Notes under the pieces: model-generated
Seen by the model: only the letters and a program-made list of their open reading frames with translations
Database searches by the model: none
What the model was told of the DNA's origin: nothing
Origin: Cetorhinus maximus
Lineage: Eukaryota
NCBI RefSeq assembly: GCF_964194155.1
Contig: NC_135901.1
Location: 13,516,001-13,580,000 of the forward strand
Direction of reading: 5' to 3'
Length of the DNA stretch: 64,000 nt
Program-made: the position numbers and the translations under genes
Part shown: positions 1 through 11,045 of the stretch, piece by piece
Numbering within the stretch: the stretch's first letter is position 1
Layout: every line of letters begins with the position of its first letter

Positions 1-1850
1 CGAATTCCCTCCCCAAAGCCCATTTTGGAGAGCACATCCCCCATGTAGGTGTGCGATATTCTGTCAAAGGCCTTCTCCTGATCCAAGCTGATGAGGCAGG
101 TATCCACACCCCTGTCCTGTACATAGGCAATCGTATCCCTGAGCAGCGCCAGGCTGTCAGAGATCTTCCTGCCTGGCACAGAGCAGGTCTGGTCAGGGTG
201 AATCACCAATTCCAGAGCGGATTTGACCCGGTTGGCGATGACCTTGGACAGAATCTTATAGTCCACATTCAACAGTGAAATGGGTCGCCAATTTCTAATT
301 TCCTCCCTTTCCCCCTTGTGCTTGTAGATGAGGGTGATGATGCCTTTCCTCATGGATTCTGACATGCTGCCGGCCAGGAGCATACTCTCGTACACTTCTA
401 GCAGGTCTGGGCCGATCAAGTCCCACAGAGCCGAATACAACTCCGCCGGCAGGCCGTCGCTTCCGGGGGTTTTACTCTTCTCGAAGGACTCGAGGGCCTT
501 AGTCAGTTCGTCAGGAGTTAGCGGTTTGTCTAGGCTCTCCCGCGTACTGTGGTCTAAGACCTCCGTGATAGAGGACAGGAAGGACTGGGAGGCCGTGCTG
601 TCCGTGGGCTTCACGTCATACAGACCGGCATAAAAGGATTTGCTGATCCTCAGAATGTCGGACCGTGATGACTTTACTGAGCCGTCTTCTTCCTTCAGGC
701 TGCTGATCACAGAGCGCTCTCTGTGTACCTTTTGGAAGAAGAAACGTGAGCACGTCTCATCCTGCTCCACGGAGCGGACTCTGGAGCGGAAGATGATCTT
801 GGAGGCCTCCGAGGCAAAGTGCGAGGCTTGCTGGCCCTTCACCTCTTGGAGCTCCTCCTTGACATCGACCCCCATCGACTGCAGCCGGAGCAGATTCTGC
901 ATCTTTTCCTGGAGTCGGGACATTTCCCTCTGTTCCTTTCTAGCTTTCTGGGTGCCTTTGCGGATGAAAAACCTCTTGATGCTTCCCTTGATCACTTCCC
1001 ACCAGTGTGTCAGGGACTCAAAGAGGGGTTTCACGGTTCTCCAACCTTTGTAATCCCTCTTGAGCTCCTCAATGTTCTCTGGGGTCAGCAGTTGCACATT
1101 TAGCTTCCATGCCCCCCTGCCCACCCTCAGGTCTTCCTCCAAGTGGCAGTCCGCCAGTAGGAGGCAGTGGTCAGAGAAGAACACCGGCTTGACGTCGGTG
1201 GATCTGACTGTGAATGCACGGGACACAAACAGGAAGTCTATCCTGGAACGAATGGACCCGTCTGGCCGCGACCAGGTGTATCTACGCTGCGCTCCGTCTG
1301 CAGGGTTGCTGAAGACGTCGTGCAGCTTGGCATCCTTAACTGTTTCCATCAGGGATCTGGACGTAGCGTCCAATCTGCTTCCGGCCCTGCCGGATCGTCC
1401 AGCCGCATCGATGATGCAGTTGAAGTCCCCGCCCAGAATGACCGGCCTGGAGGTCGCCAGCAGCAGTGGGAGCTGCTGAAAAACCTCCAGCCGCTCAGCC
1501 CCTTGTGCCGGGCCGTACACGTTAATTAACCGGAGTGGAGCGTTCTTGTACATTACGTCTGCTACCAGGAGTCGCCCGCCCACCACCTCCTTGACCTCGG
1601 AGACGGTGAAGTTGCCTCCCCGCAGCAGAATACCCAGGCCGGAGGAACGAGAGTCGTTTCCGCCCGACCAGATCGATGGCCCGTGGGACCACCATCGTGA
1701 CCATTGCCTGTAGGAGCTGAGGTGCGGTATCGCACACTCCTGCAGAAACAACAGGTCAGCTTTGACCTTGGCTAGGTAGTCCAAGGTCGCAACACATCGC
1801 GTAGTAGATTTAATGCTACGCACATTTATGGATACAATCTTTAAACCCAT
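1..1850 (-). CDS. Tx1 ORF2 (AP endonuclease plus N-terminal part of RT), runs off the window
   Basis: ATG at 1850 gives MGLKIVSINVRS...LFLQEC...GGDFNC...FSDH...PGSDGLP...WRPISLLNVDYKIL...DQEKAFD. The ORF track lists no stop-terminated ORF in this frame, so it is inferred to be open to the window edge. Confidence 0.9.
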   Translation of the reverse strand, partial: MGLKIVSINVRSIKSTTRCVATLDYLAKVKADLLFLQECAIPHLSSYRQWSRWWSHGPSIWSGGNDSRSSGLGILLRGGNFTVSEVKEVVGGRLLVADVMYKNAPLRLINVYGPAQGAERLEVFQQLPLLLATSRPVILGGDFNCIIDAAGRSGRAGSRLDATSRSLMETVKDAKLHDVFSNPADGAQRRYTWSRPDGSIRSRIDFLFVSRAFTVRSTDVKPVFFSDHCLLLADCHLEEDLRVGRGAWKLNVQLLTPENIEELKRDYKGWRTVKPLFESLTHWWEVIKGSIKRFFIRKGTQKARKEQREMSRLQEKMQNLLRLQSMGVDVKEELQEVKGQQASHFASEASKIIFRSRVRSVEQDETCSRFFFQKVHRERSVISSLKEEDGSVKSSRSDILRISKSFYAGLYDVKPTDSTASQSFLSSITEVLDHSTRESLDKPLTPDELTKALESFEKSKTPGSDGLPAELYSALWDLIGPDLLEVYESMLLAGSMSESMRKGIITLIYKHKGEREEIRNWRPISLLNVDYKILSKVIANRVKSALELVIHPDQTCSVPGRKISDSLALLRDTIAYVQDRGVDTCLISLDQEKAFDRISHTYMGDVLSKMGFGEGI

Positions 1851-1860
1851 ATTAAAGCAT

Positions 1861-3423
1861 TTATTCTCCTACCAAACCCACTGTCTCTGAGAGTCCCAGA
1901 CCTTTAGTCTGCTCCTTCATACCCGTAGTGAGCTCAAATTCCTTCACTTTGGATGGGCTGAGGTAGATCTCCTTGGCCGTGTTCTGCTCCAGTGGCATCT
2001 GGAGGTTCACGTAGTGAGCGGGTTTTGAGATGACCTTTGCTGGAGAAGCTTCTCCAAAACTCACCCCCTCTGGGGGGTTGCTGTTCCCGGCTTCCTGGAG
2101 CTGGGGTGCGATGATTGCCTCACTGCTCCCAGATTCCAGGGGCTGTGGTGCACTGGCCTCCTCAGGTTGCAGGCAAAGTTGGGGTGCGCTGGTCTCCTTG
2201 TTGTCTCCAATTTTCTGGAGCTCGGGTGTCTCGTCCTCCAACGCCCTGGAGCTTTGCCGCCTCTTCTGTCGGTGCCGCTCTGGCACTTCATCATCCGAAG
2301 AGCTGCTGCCCTTGTCATCCGTGTCGGATGGGAGACGCCTCTTGCCGCTTCTCTGGGAAACGCCTTTGCTTCTTCTTCGCTCCCTCTTACTTTTCTTGTT
2401 CTTCACCGTCCGCCACTCCCCCTGCTGCTTTTCCACTGCTGCCTCCTCCTCCATTGATTCGCTGTCCTGAGGACTGGAAGGTTCAGGGGGTAGTGCTGTT
2501 GATTGGCTCTCTGTTGCCTCAATCTCTTTCTCCACCTTGTCTCTCTCTGTGTCCTCCTTTGTCCCGTTGAGCTCCCTGGGGGCCTTGGTGGTTGGAGTGA
2601 CACGGAACCTTTCTTCTGCTTCCCCCTGGTCGGCTTTGGCTGCCTGTGCGTAAGTACGGCAGCGTTTGGGGCAGGTCCTGTAGAGGTGACTTGCCTCGCC
2701 ACACAGGTTGCAGCACTTGGCCTGTTTGCAGTCTTTTGTCTGGTGCCCTTCCTGTTTGCAGATCTTGCAGAGGGAGGCGCTGCAGTTGGCCGCCACATGG
2801 CCAGCCTTGCCGCATGAGCGACAATGCTTGGGTTGCCCAGCGTAGACCAGGTAGCCACGGTTTCCCCCGATAGCGAAACTGGAAGGAGGGTGGAAAATGG
2901 CTCCCTTACCATCGGTCTTTAGCGTGACCTTAAACAGGCGTTTGCCTGTCCAGATCCCCAAGTCGTCTCGAATCTCGGTGCCGCTCCCCACCTTATCGAA
3001 GTACCTGGTGAGGAAGGTGACCACGTCGGCGACAGGGACGAAGGGGTTGTACACATGCACCATCACCTCACGTTCCCGTTGCAACGGCAGAGAAAAGTGC
3101 AGCTCCGCCGTCAGGATCTTCATCTCCGGCAGGTCTCTCTTCTCCTCGAACACCCTCAGGAGCCGGACGCAGTCTGCCACTCGCTTGAACGTCACGTCAA
3201 AATAACCACCTTTGCGGGAGTCGTGCAGGGTGAAGATCTCCGTAGCTTGGAAGCCGCACGCCTTCAACAGGATCCTCCTGGTGAAGAAGCCCCGATCCAT
3301 AGGTGATCCTCCTTCGTCGCTGTGGTTCACCGTGACTCGGACGGTGATAGGTAACCCACGGTATGGATTCAGATTGCGATTGGTTATCGCCCTTCCATCC
3401 CAACCTTGCCTTGGCAGGACCAT
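1861..3423 (-). CDS. Tx1 ORF1 (ZCCHC3-like gag-knuckle protein), about 520 aa
   Basis: Knuckles CRSCGKAGHVAANC, CKICKQEGHQTKDC and CNLCGEASHLYRTC, then a charged low-complexity tail. The first in-element ATG is at 3423 (ACCATGG). The track's start at 3474 lies in flanking L2 sequence. Confidence 0.88.
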   Translation of the reverse strand: MVLPRQGWDGRAITNRNLNPYRGLPITVRVTVNHSDEGGSPMDRGFFTRRILLKACGFQATEIFTLHDSRKGGYFDVTFKRVADCVRLLRVFEEKRDLPEMKILTAELHFSLPLQREREVMVHVYNPFVPVADVVTFLTRYFDKVGSGTEIRDDLGIWTGKRLFKVTLKTDGKGAIFHPPSSFAIGGNRGYLVYAGQPKHCRSCGKAGHVAANCSASLCKICKQEGHQTKDCKQAKCCNLCGEASHLYRTCPKRCRTYAQAAKADQGEAEERFRVTPTTKAPRELNGTKEDTERDKVEKEIEATESQSTALPPEPSSPQDSESMEEEAAVEKQQGEWRTVKNKKSKRERRRSKGVSQRSGKRRLPSDTDDKGSSSSDDEVPERHRQKRRQSSRALEDETPELQKIGDNKETSAPQLCLQPEEASAPQPLESGSSEAIIAPQLQEAGNSNPPEGVSFGEASPAKVISKPAHYVNLQMPLEQNTAKEIYLSPSKVKEFELTTGMKEQTKGLGLSETVGLVGE

Positions 3424-3437
3424 GGTGTCGCCCCTGC
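3402..3437 (-). ncRNA. U1 snRNA-derived pieces in the head of Tx1 copy A
   Basis: GCAGGGGCGACACCATGGTC versus U1 GCAGGGGAGATACCATGATC is 17/20. It is followed by CTGCCAAGGCAAGGTT, resembling U1 TTCCCAGGGCGAGGCTT. Confidence 0.7.
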
Positions 3438-3438
3438 A

Positions 3439-3460
3439 ACACTTGATCTTAGCCAAAAGG
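3439..3460 (-). ncRNA. U2 snRNA-derived fragment (about nt 13-34) at the 5' end of Tx1 copy A; not a gene
   Basis: Minus strand reads CCTTTTGGCTAAGATCAAGTGT, 22/22 identical to the vertebrate U2 5' region as I recall it. Confidence 0.85.
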
Positions 3461-4905
3461 AAGACCAAAGCCATTGTCTTCAGTCACCACTACAAATTCC
3501 GTTCCCTAACCACTGAGTCCATCCCTCTCCCTGGGAACTGTCTGAGGCTGAACAACACTCTTCACAATCATGGTGTCAGATTTAACCCCAAGATGAGTTT
3601 CTGACCACATATCTACACCATCACTAATACCAGATATTTCAACCTCCATAACGTCGCCTGTCTCAACCCCACCCTAGATCATCTGATGCTGAAACCCTAA
3701 TCCACGCCCGTGTTACCTTTAGACTTGACGATTCCAATACATTCCAGGCCAGACTCTCATATTCATCCCACCCCCACGTGGAAACATGTAATCATCCAAA
3801 ACTCTGCCCCTGTGCTTTTTCACACCAAGTCCCGTTCATCCATTCCTCACCATTTTTGATTTATTCTTTTACAGGATATGGGTGACCCGGCTAGGCCAGC
3901 ATCTGTTGCCCATCCCTAGTTGCCCTTGAGAAGGTGGTGGTGAGCTGCCTTCTTGAACTGCTGCAGTCCATGTGGTGGAGGTACACCCACAGTGCTGTTA
4001 GGAAGGGAGTTTAAGGATTTTGATCCAGTGATAGTGAAGGAATGACCATAGAGTTCCAAGTTAGGATGGAGTGTTTCTTGGAGGGGGACTTGCAGGTGGT
4101 GGTGTTCCCATGTTTCTGCTGACCTTCTAGGTGGTAGAGGTTGCAGGTTTTGAAGGTGCTGTCGAAGGAGCCTTAGTGAATTGCTGCAGTGCATCTTGTA
4201 GATGGTACACACTGCTGTCACTGGTGGAGGGTGTGAATGTTTAAGCTAGTGGATGGGGTGCCAAGCAAGCGAGGTGCCAAAGGATGCTTTGGCCTGGATG
4301 GTGTCGAGATTCCTGAGTGTTATTGAAGTTGAACTCATCCAGGCAAGTGGGCAGTATTCCATCACACACCTGACTTGTGTCTTGTAGATGGTGGACAGGC
4401 TTTGGGATGTCGGGAGCTTAGTTTCTTGCCATATAATTCCTAGCTTCTGACTTGTTCTTGTAGCCACAGTATTTATATGGCTGTTTCAGTTTAGTTTCTG
4501 GTCAATGATAATGTTGATGTCGTGTGTGATTGGCTCCTGGTGAAGCAATGATTCAGTTTTAAAATTTGCATCCTTGTTTGCAAATTGTTCCATGGCCTCT
4601 TCCCTCCCTATCTCTGTAATCTCCAATCACACACCCTCTGAGATATCTGCACTCTTCACATTCTGACCTCTTTAGCACCCCTGATTTTAATTACTGCATT
4701 GGTCACCAGGCCCAGGTGTGAAGCTCCGAAATTCCCTCCCTAAACCTCTTAACCTCTCTCCTATTCGAGATTCTTGTTACAATCTGCCTCTCCAATCAAA
4801 CTTTGGCCATTTACCAAAATAACCCCTATGTGACTCGGTGTCAACTTTTGTTTTATGAAACTTGTCTGAAGCACATTAATCATGTTATATAAATACAAGT
4901 TGTTA
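3461..4905 (+). mobile_element. L2-clade LINE 3' remnant, split by an insertion at about 3860-4525
   Basis: Degenerate KTKAIVF...ETLIHA.VT.RLD.SN reading and an L2-like tail (ATATAAATACAAGTTG). Homologous pieces lie at about 43470-43730 (-) and 48010-48410 (+). Confidence 0.65.
3860..4525 (-). mobile_element. CR1-group LINE 3' fragment (family with the AAVCTIYKMHC...AAHHHLLKGN tail)
   Basis: ORFs 3916-4221 and 4246-4467 (TIYK.QVR.VMEYCPLAW). The same family occurs at 33270-33740, 47700-47960 and 51480-53270. Confidence 0.75.
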
Positions 4906-4909
4906 CTGT

Positions 4910-5050
4910 TTCACAACAGCCAGTTGTGCACAGTTAGTTTCTATAAGTAGCAATCAGACCAGTGACCGATTAATCCAGTTTCTTTAGGTGGTGTTAGTTA
5001 AAACACAAATGTTGGTCCCACTGCACCAGGAGAGCTCCCCTGTGGACAGT
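4910..5050 (-). mobile_element. Possible Deu-domain SINE remnant
   Basis: Degenerate resemblance, from memory, to the shark Deu-SINE central domain. Confidence 0.3.
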
Positions 5051-5329
5051 ATGTGGAGTTGTTGAGGTCTCCTGAGCTGAGAGTGGGGCTGATTGAGCTG
5101 TCGGGCCTGCAGTGTACCTTGAAGAACCGCTGTCTGGGACCTTTCCTCTTAATTCACTGACTCCCAGTTGGACTTGTCTCTGCAGTAAAATAGTTAACTT
5201 TGAAGATCAATCTGAATTTAATCTTTGATTCAAAATCTACAACTTTTAATCAGCTTTAAAAGAGAAAGTTCTTGTGTTCCTTTAGAACCGTTCACACCCT
5301 CAGAACATCCCAAAGTGATTCACAGTCAA

Positions 5330-7260
5330 TGCTGAATTTTGGGAGGACGAATGAGAGGCAGAATAAACTAAATGGTACAATTTTAAACAGAGTGCAAGAA
5401 CAGAGTGACCTGGGAGTGTATAGACACAAATCTTTGAAGGGAGCAGGAAAGGTTTATCCAGCTGTTTTGTTTTACAGATAACCCTTGGCTTTATCAATGG
5501 AGACATGGAGAACAAAAGTAAGGAACTTATCCTGAATCTTTATAAATCACTGATTCATCCTCAAGTTTAAGTCGGGTGTTCAGTTCTGAGCACCACACTT
5601 TAGGAAAGATGTCAAGCCCTTGCAGAGGGAGCATGGGAGATTTACTAGAATGGAATTGGGAATGAGCAGTTTCAGTTTTGAGGAGAGACTGGAGAAGCTG
5701 AGATTGTTCTCTTTAGAGCAGAGAAGGTTACCAAGCAATTTAATAGAGGTGTGGACATTTTGAGGAGTTATCATCTACAAAGGGAGAAATTGTTTTCATT
5801 GGCAGGATGGTTGGTAGCTGCAGAACACAGATTTAAAATAATTGGCAAAAAATCCAGGGTGAAGATGAGAAGAGATTATTTTATTCAGTGAGTTCTGATG
5901 ATCTGGAACACATTGTCTGAATGACTGGTGGAAGCAGATCCAAAGGTAACTTTCAAAAGTGATTTCGGCTTTTACTTAATAAGGAAAGATTTATATGAAC
6001 ATATGAAATAGGAGCATACGTAGGTCACTCGGCCTCTCAAGCCTGCTCCGCCATTCAATAAGATCATGGTTGATCTGTTTGTGATTCGAATTCCGCCTTC
6101 CCATCTATCCCCAATAGTCTTTGATTCCCTTGTCTAACCAGAATCTATCTACCTCTGCCTTAAAAATATTCAGTGACCCCACCTCTACCTCCATCTGAGG
6201 CAGGGAGTTCCAAAGTCACACAACCCTCTGAGAGAAAACATTTCTCCTCATCTCTGTCCTAAAAGGGCGACCCCTAATTTTCAAACAGTGCCCCCTAGTT
6301 CTGGACTCACCCACAAGAGGAAACATCCTTTCCACATCCACCTTGTCGATACCGGAACAGCAGGGGAGTGGGACAGAATGGTAACATTTTCAGAGACAGG
6401 GACAAAGAGCCAAATGGCCACCATTCCTGCTCTATTCTTCTATCATTTGAGGCTGGTACAGTGATGTTCCCCAAGGGTCAGTGCTGGGACCACTCTTTGT
6501 TTACTATATATAAATGACTAGAATTTTGGAAGGCAGAATAAAATTTCTAAATATGCCGATGATGCCAAACTTGAAGGAGTGGCAAAGAGTGACGATGATA
6601 CAAATCGCCTGCAACAGGGCATGATAGGCTAGCAGAATGGGCAGGCAAGTGGCAGATGGAGTTGAATACAGAGAAGTGTGAGGTGATGCATTTTGGCAGA
6701 AGGGATTGGAAGAGGCAATATGAACTTAATGGCCCATTCTAAAGAGTGTGGAGGGACAAAGGGAGGGTGCATGTCCACTGATCTTTGGAGGCAGTTCATA
6801 TTGAGAGAGTGATTAGCAAACCAGATGGGAGCCTGGACTTCAATAAATAGAGATATTGAGCACAAAAGCAGGAAAGTTATGCTGAAGTTTTATAAAGATC
6901 TGGTTTGGGCCAAATTAGAGTCCAGTTCTGTTCACCACACTTTAGAAAAGATGAGAAGGTCCTTGAGACGATGCAAAGGAGATTTACCAGAATGGTTCCA
7001 GGAATTGGGGTTTTAGTTATAAAGTTGGGTTGGAAAGGCTGGGATTGTTCTCCTTGGAGCAAAAGAGATTGATAGATGTACATACAAACATACGAATTAG
7101 GAACAGGAGAAGGCCACTCGGTCCCTCGAGACTCCTCCGCCATTCAATCAGATCATGGCTGATTGTAATTTTCTTGAGTTACTTCCTCCCTTCCATTTCT
7201 TGATTTGCAGCTATTTCTGGGATGTTATGACAGGTTTAGATCAGGTCAACAAGGGCAAGC
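5330..7260. mobile_element. Nested CR1 LINE fragments in both orientations
   Basis: CR1 ORF2 C-terminal motifs ([36 protein letters not shown]) on +, and CR1 3' tails on - near 6000-6350 and 7080-7170. Confidence 0.75.
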
Positions 7261-7269
7261 TCTCGCAGG

Positions 7270-7640
7270 TGTCATTGGCAAGGTCACCAATTATTGCCCA
7301 TCCATCATTGTCCTTGAGAAGGTGGTGATGAGATGCCTTTTAGGACATGGTTCTGGTATAACTGAGTGACTCAGAGAGCATTTCAGAGTCAGCCACGTTA
7401 CTCTGATTCTGGAGTCACTAGGTGAGGTTAGGAGTACAGGTTCCTTTCCTAAAGGATGTCAGTGAACCAGTTAGACTTTTACAACTACACAGTAGTTTCA
7501 CGTGATACCAGCTTTTTATTCAGTTAATAGAATTTAAATTCCCCAACTTCTGTGGTGGGATTTGAACTCACATCTACCAGATTATCAGGTCAGCTTCTGT
7601 GTTACCAAACCAGTAAGATAACCATTAAGCTACTGTACCC
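7270..7640 (-). mobile_element. tRNA-headed SINE (HE1/V-SINE-like) with a LINE-derived tail
   Basis: Minus strand has an A-box-like TAGCTTAATGG and a B-box GAGTTCAAATCCC. Its body (TTCCTTTCCTAAAGGATGTCAGTGAACCAG on +) recurs at 26630 and 43930. Confidence 0.55.
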
Positions 7641-7679
7641 TTCTTTATATTAAGATCAAATGCCTGTTGTTTAATTATA

Positions 7680-8222
7680 GCAACAGTTAACAGGCTCATG
7701 TAAACTCCTCCTAATTTAATTGCAGACTTTAACCAACTTACTTTCAAAAGGTTTCTTGAAAACAAAGTAACACCTGCCTCAAAATGGTAGATTCAGGACT
7801 GTCACATTAAATATTCTAGAATAATTACCACAATCATTTCCAGACTGGAAACTTAAACCTGCCATTTCACTGTCAGTCAGGAACAGGTCACAGTTTTACA
7901 CCAATCTCTGATTTGACAGCACGTTTCCAGCATTCACTGTTGTTCTTCCTGACTCTAAACATAGTTGTAAAGGAGCCTTCTGTTCCGAGTCTAGGAGCTC
8001 TGAACCATGAGCGGCTGGGACTTATTTCTTACACACCTCAGGATTAACCCACACGGAGACTTTGGTCAGTGGAGAGAGGTGAGAAAGACCAAAGTGCCGT
8101 TTGTCCCTCTCGGTGTGACCCTGAAGGACTGTGTCCAGGCTGAAGTTCTGTTCCTGCCGTACGATCTTCCCCCAGATTGTCCTTTCTGACCTCCAGCCAG
8201 GTGATGTTAAACACTCAGGACA
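7680..8222 (-). repeat. ZNF 3'-flank duplicon, inverted paralog of about 38300-39050
   Basis: 8191-8219 CTCCAGCCAGGTGATGTTAAACACTCAGG is the reverse complement of 38299-38327. Similarity continues for several hundred bp. Confidence 0.8.
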
Positions 8223-8244
8223 AAAATCAACAACAATGTTTTTA

Positions 8245-8435
8245 AAACTGCAGATGCTGGAATTCTGAAATATAAACAGGAAATGCCAGAAAAACTCAGC
8301 AGGTCTGTCAACTTCTGTGGATAGAGAAACAGATTGAATGTTTTGAGTCCAGTATAACTCTTCCTCGAAGGACGAGAGTTATATGGACTCAAAACATTAA
8401 CTCTGTTTCTCTCTCCACAGATACTGCGAGGCCTG
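8245..8435. repeat. Fold-back (inverted) Penelope pseudo-LTR fragment
   Basis: Arm 8315-8361 pairs with 8375-8420. The motif AACTCTGTTTCTCTCTCCACAGATRCTG also occurs near 13050, 21915 and 28620. Confidence 0.65.
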
Positions 8436-8579
8436 ATTTATTTCACAGAATATTAAACTCCAGCCCAGTTACAGGGATTATAAACATCAGCAGAAAGAAA
8501 CACCAGCTGTTAGAATGAACACTGTTCAATCCTGGATGTAATAAACAGCAGCAACAACAGCAGAATCCAACCTCTGCAG

Positions 8580-9422
8580 TCACTTGTGAATTCGCTTGTG
8601 AGTCACCAGGTTGGATGACCGAGTGAATCCCTTCCCACACTCAGAGCAGGTGAACGGTCTCTCCCCAGTGTGAAGTCGCTGGTGTCCCAGCAGGCTTGAT
8701 TTTTGAGTGAATCCCTTCCCACACACAGAGCAGGTGAATGGCTTCTCTCCAGTATGAATTCGCTGGTGTGTCAGCAGGTGGGATGAATGGGTGAATCCCT
8801 TACCGCACTCCGAGCAGGTGAATGGCCTCTCGCCAGTGTGAACTCTCTGGTGCTCCATGAGACTGGAAGACTGAGTGAATCCCTTCTCACACATGGAGCA
8901 GATGAACGGCCTCTCCCCAGTGTGAACTCTCTGGTGCTTCTGCAACGTGGAAGACTGAGTGAATCCCTTCCCACACAGAGAACAGGTGAATGGCCTCTCC
9001 CCAGTGTGAGTGCGTTGGTGTGTTACCACCTCACTTCTGCTTTTAAAACTCTTCTCACATTCTGAACATTTAAAAGGTCTCATGTCAGTGTGAACACGTC
9101 GGTGTGTCAGCAGGGTGGATAACTGTGCAAATTCCTTCCCACACACCAAGCAGGAAAATGGCCTCTCCCCGGTGTGAACTCGCATGTGCATGTGCAGCTT
9201 GGATAACTCTGTGAATCCCTTCCTGCACATGGAGCAGGTGAATGGTTTCTCCCCGGTGTGACTGCGCCGATGAATCTCCAGTTGGGATGGATAATTGAAT
9301 CCCTTCCCACAGTCCCCGCATTTACAGGGTTTCTCTCCAGTGTGATTGCGTTGATGAGTGTCCAGCTCAGACGGGTAATTGAATCCCTTCCCACAGTCCC
9401 CACATTTCCACGGTTTCTCCAT
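8580..9422 (-). CDS. C2H2 zinc-finger protein, 10 fingers, no KRAB
   Basis: 280-aa open frame starting MEKPWKC with TGE(K/R)PF linkers. Decayed fingers with stops lie upstream (9423-9670) and a splice acceptor is near 9790. Confidence 0.9.
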   Translation of the reverse strand: MEKPWKCGDCGKGFNYPSELDTHQRNHTGEKPCKCGDCGKGFNYPSQLEIHRRSHTGEKPFTCSMCRKGFTELSKLHMHMRVHTGERPFSCLVCGKEFAQLSTLLTHRRVHTDMRPFKCSECEKSFKSRSEVVTHQRTHTGERPFTCSLCGKGFTQSSTLQKHQRVHTGERPFICSMCEKGFTQSSSLMEHQRVHTGERPFTCSECGKGFTHSSHLLTHQRIHTGEKPFTCSVCGKGFTQKSSLLGHQRLHTGERPFTCSECGKGFTRSSNLVTHKRIHK

Positions 9423-10489
9423 GGTGTGAGTGTCCTTGTGTCTCTCCAGGTTGGACGATCAGTTGAAGCCTCATCCACACACAGAACACGTGTACGGTCT
9501 CTCCCCACTGTGAATGGTGTGATGTTTTTTCAGGATCTGTAACTGGTTAAAGATCTTTCCACAGTCAGTTCACTGGAACACTCTCACTCGGGTGTGTGTG
9601 TCTCAATGCTTTTCCAGTCACACTGATGTTTGAAATATTTTCCCGCAGACCGAACACGCAAACATTTCCCCTTTCACAATCAAAGACCGATGATATTCAG
9701 GTCCTGATGAATCGAATGACTCTGTCAGATCCTGATGTGATATTTGACTTGAGTTTCCTGTCTGTAAATCCTCCCGTTCTAATCCCCTGTAAAAGGAGTT
9801 CACACAGAATTACTTAGAATATAGAGCACAGAAACAGACCATTCAGTCCAGCAAGTTTGTGCCCATATTTATGCTCCAAACTCATCCCCTTCCATTCCAT
9901 CTGCTTCAAGTCAGCCTTTCAGCTTATCTTTCTATTCCCTTTTCTCTCATGTAATCAGTTAGTTTCCTTTTGAAACATCTAAGCATTTTGCCTCAATCAC
10001 TTCCTGTGTCAACGAGTTTCACATTCTAACCAATCTCAGAGTGAACACATTTCTCCTTATTGGATTCCTCAGTAACTGTCTTGTATTTCTGGCCCCGAGT
10101 TTTGGATTTTCTCACACGTGGAAACATTTTCTCCACATTGACCAAGATCCCACATGGCAGACTGGGCAGGAAAGTAAAAGCTCATAGCACCCTAGAAGGA
10201 GTGGCAAATTGGATGCAAAATTGGCTAATGGCAGGAAGCGGTGGTGCATGGTCAATGTGTGTTTTTGTGAATGGAAGGCTATTTCCAGTGATGTTCTGCA
10301 GGCCTCAGTACTGGTTAACAATAAAAATAAAAGCTGTAAGAGTGCAGAAAGATATCACTGGACTAGTCAGGTGGGCCAAGTGCTGTCTTCACACACTAAG
10401 GATACCCTCCATCATGTTCTGTGGCACTACCGCTGTGCTGAATGAAATAGATTCAAAGAGGATCCAGCAGCTCAAAATTAGACATCCAT

Positions 10490-11045
10490 GAGGCGCTGTG
10501 AGCCATCAGCAGCAGCAGAATTGTATTCAACCACAATGTGTAACCTCATGGCCCAGCCTATCCCTCATTTCTGCCATTACCATCAAGCTTAGGAATTAAC
10601 CCTGGTTCAATGAGGAGTGTAGGAGAGCAGCGGACTGCAGTAGTTCAAGAAACAGTGATGGACTGCAGCGGTTCATGAAGGCAGCTCATCACCATCTCCT
10701 CAAGGGCAATTAGGGATGGGCAATAAATGTTGGCTTAGCCAGTGATTCTCACATCCCATGAATGAATTTAAAAAATGTGTGGCAGCGCCAGGCATATTGA
10801 GAAATGAGGCATCCGCCTGGTGAAGATACAACACAGGACTACAGACATGTCAAACAGCGGAAGCAGAATGCAACAGACAGAGCTAAATGATCCCAATAGG
10901 TTAGATCTAAGCTTTGCTGTCCTGCCACATCCAGTGGTGAATGGCGGTGGACAATTAAACAACTCACTGGAGGAGGAGGCTCCACAAACAACTCCAACCT
11001 CAATGATGATGCCCAGCATGTCAGTGCAAAAGACAAGTTGCATTT
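10490..11045 (+). mobile_element. Rearranged CR1-group LINE fragments
   Basis: Family tail CTCAAGGGCAATTAGGGATGGGCAATAAATG at about 10700, plus ORF2 pieces homologous to 53150-53270. Confidence 0.55.

Larger units (their letters stand above)
1..3460 (-). mobile_element. Tx1-clade non-LTR retrotransposon, copy A (5' end present, 3' part outside the window), apparently intact
   Basis: ORF1 with three CCHC knuckles is followed 10 bp later by an APE-RT ORF2. It is collinear with copy B at 59354-64000. The 5' end abuts L2-like sequence at about 3461. Confidence 0.92.

Noticed and set aside
3424-3474. Signal-peptide-like N-terminus MALVFLLAKIKCC on ORF1
   Set aside because: It is chance read-through of antisense L2 and the U2 fragment, outside the likely coding region.
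3439-3520. Keno-type site-specific insertion into a U2 gene
   Set aside because: U2 nt 1-12 and any snRNA promoter are absent and the flank is L2 coding sequence. It cannot be fully excluded without the 3' junction.
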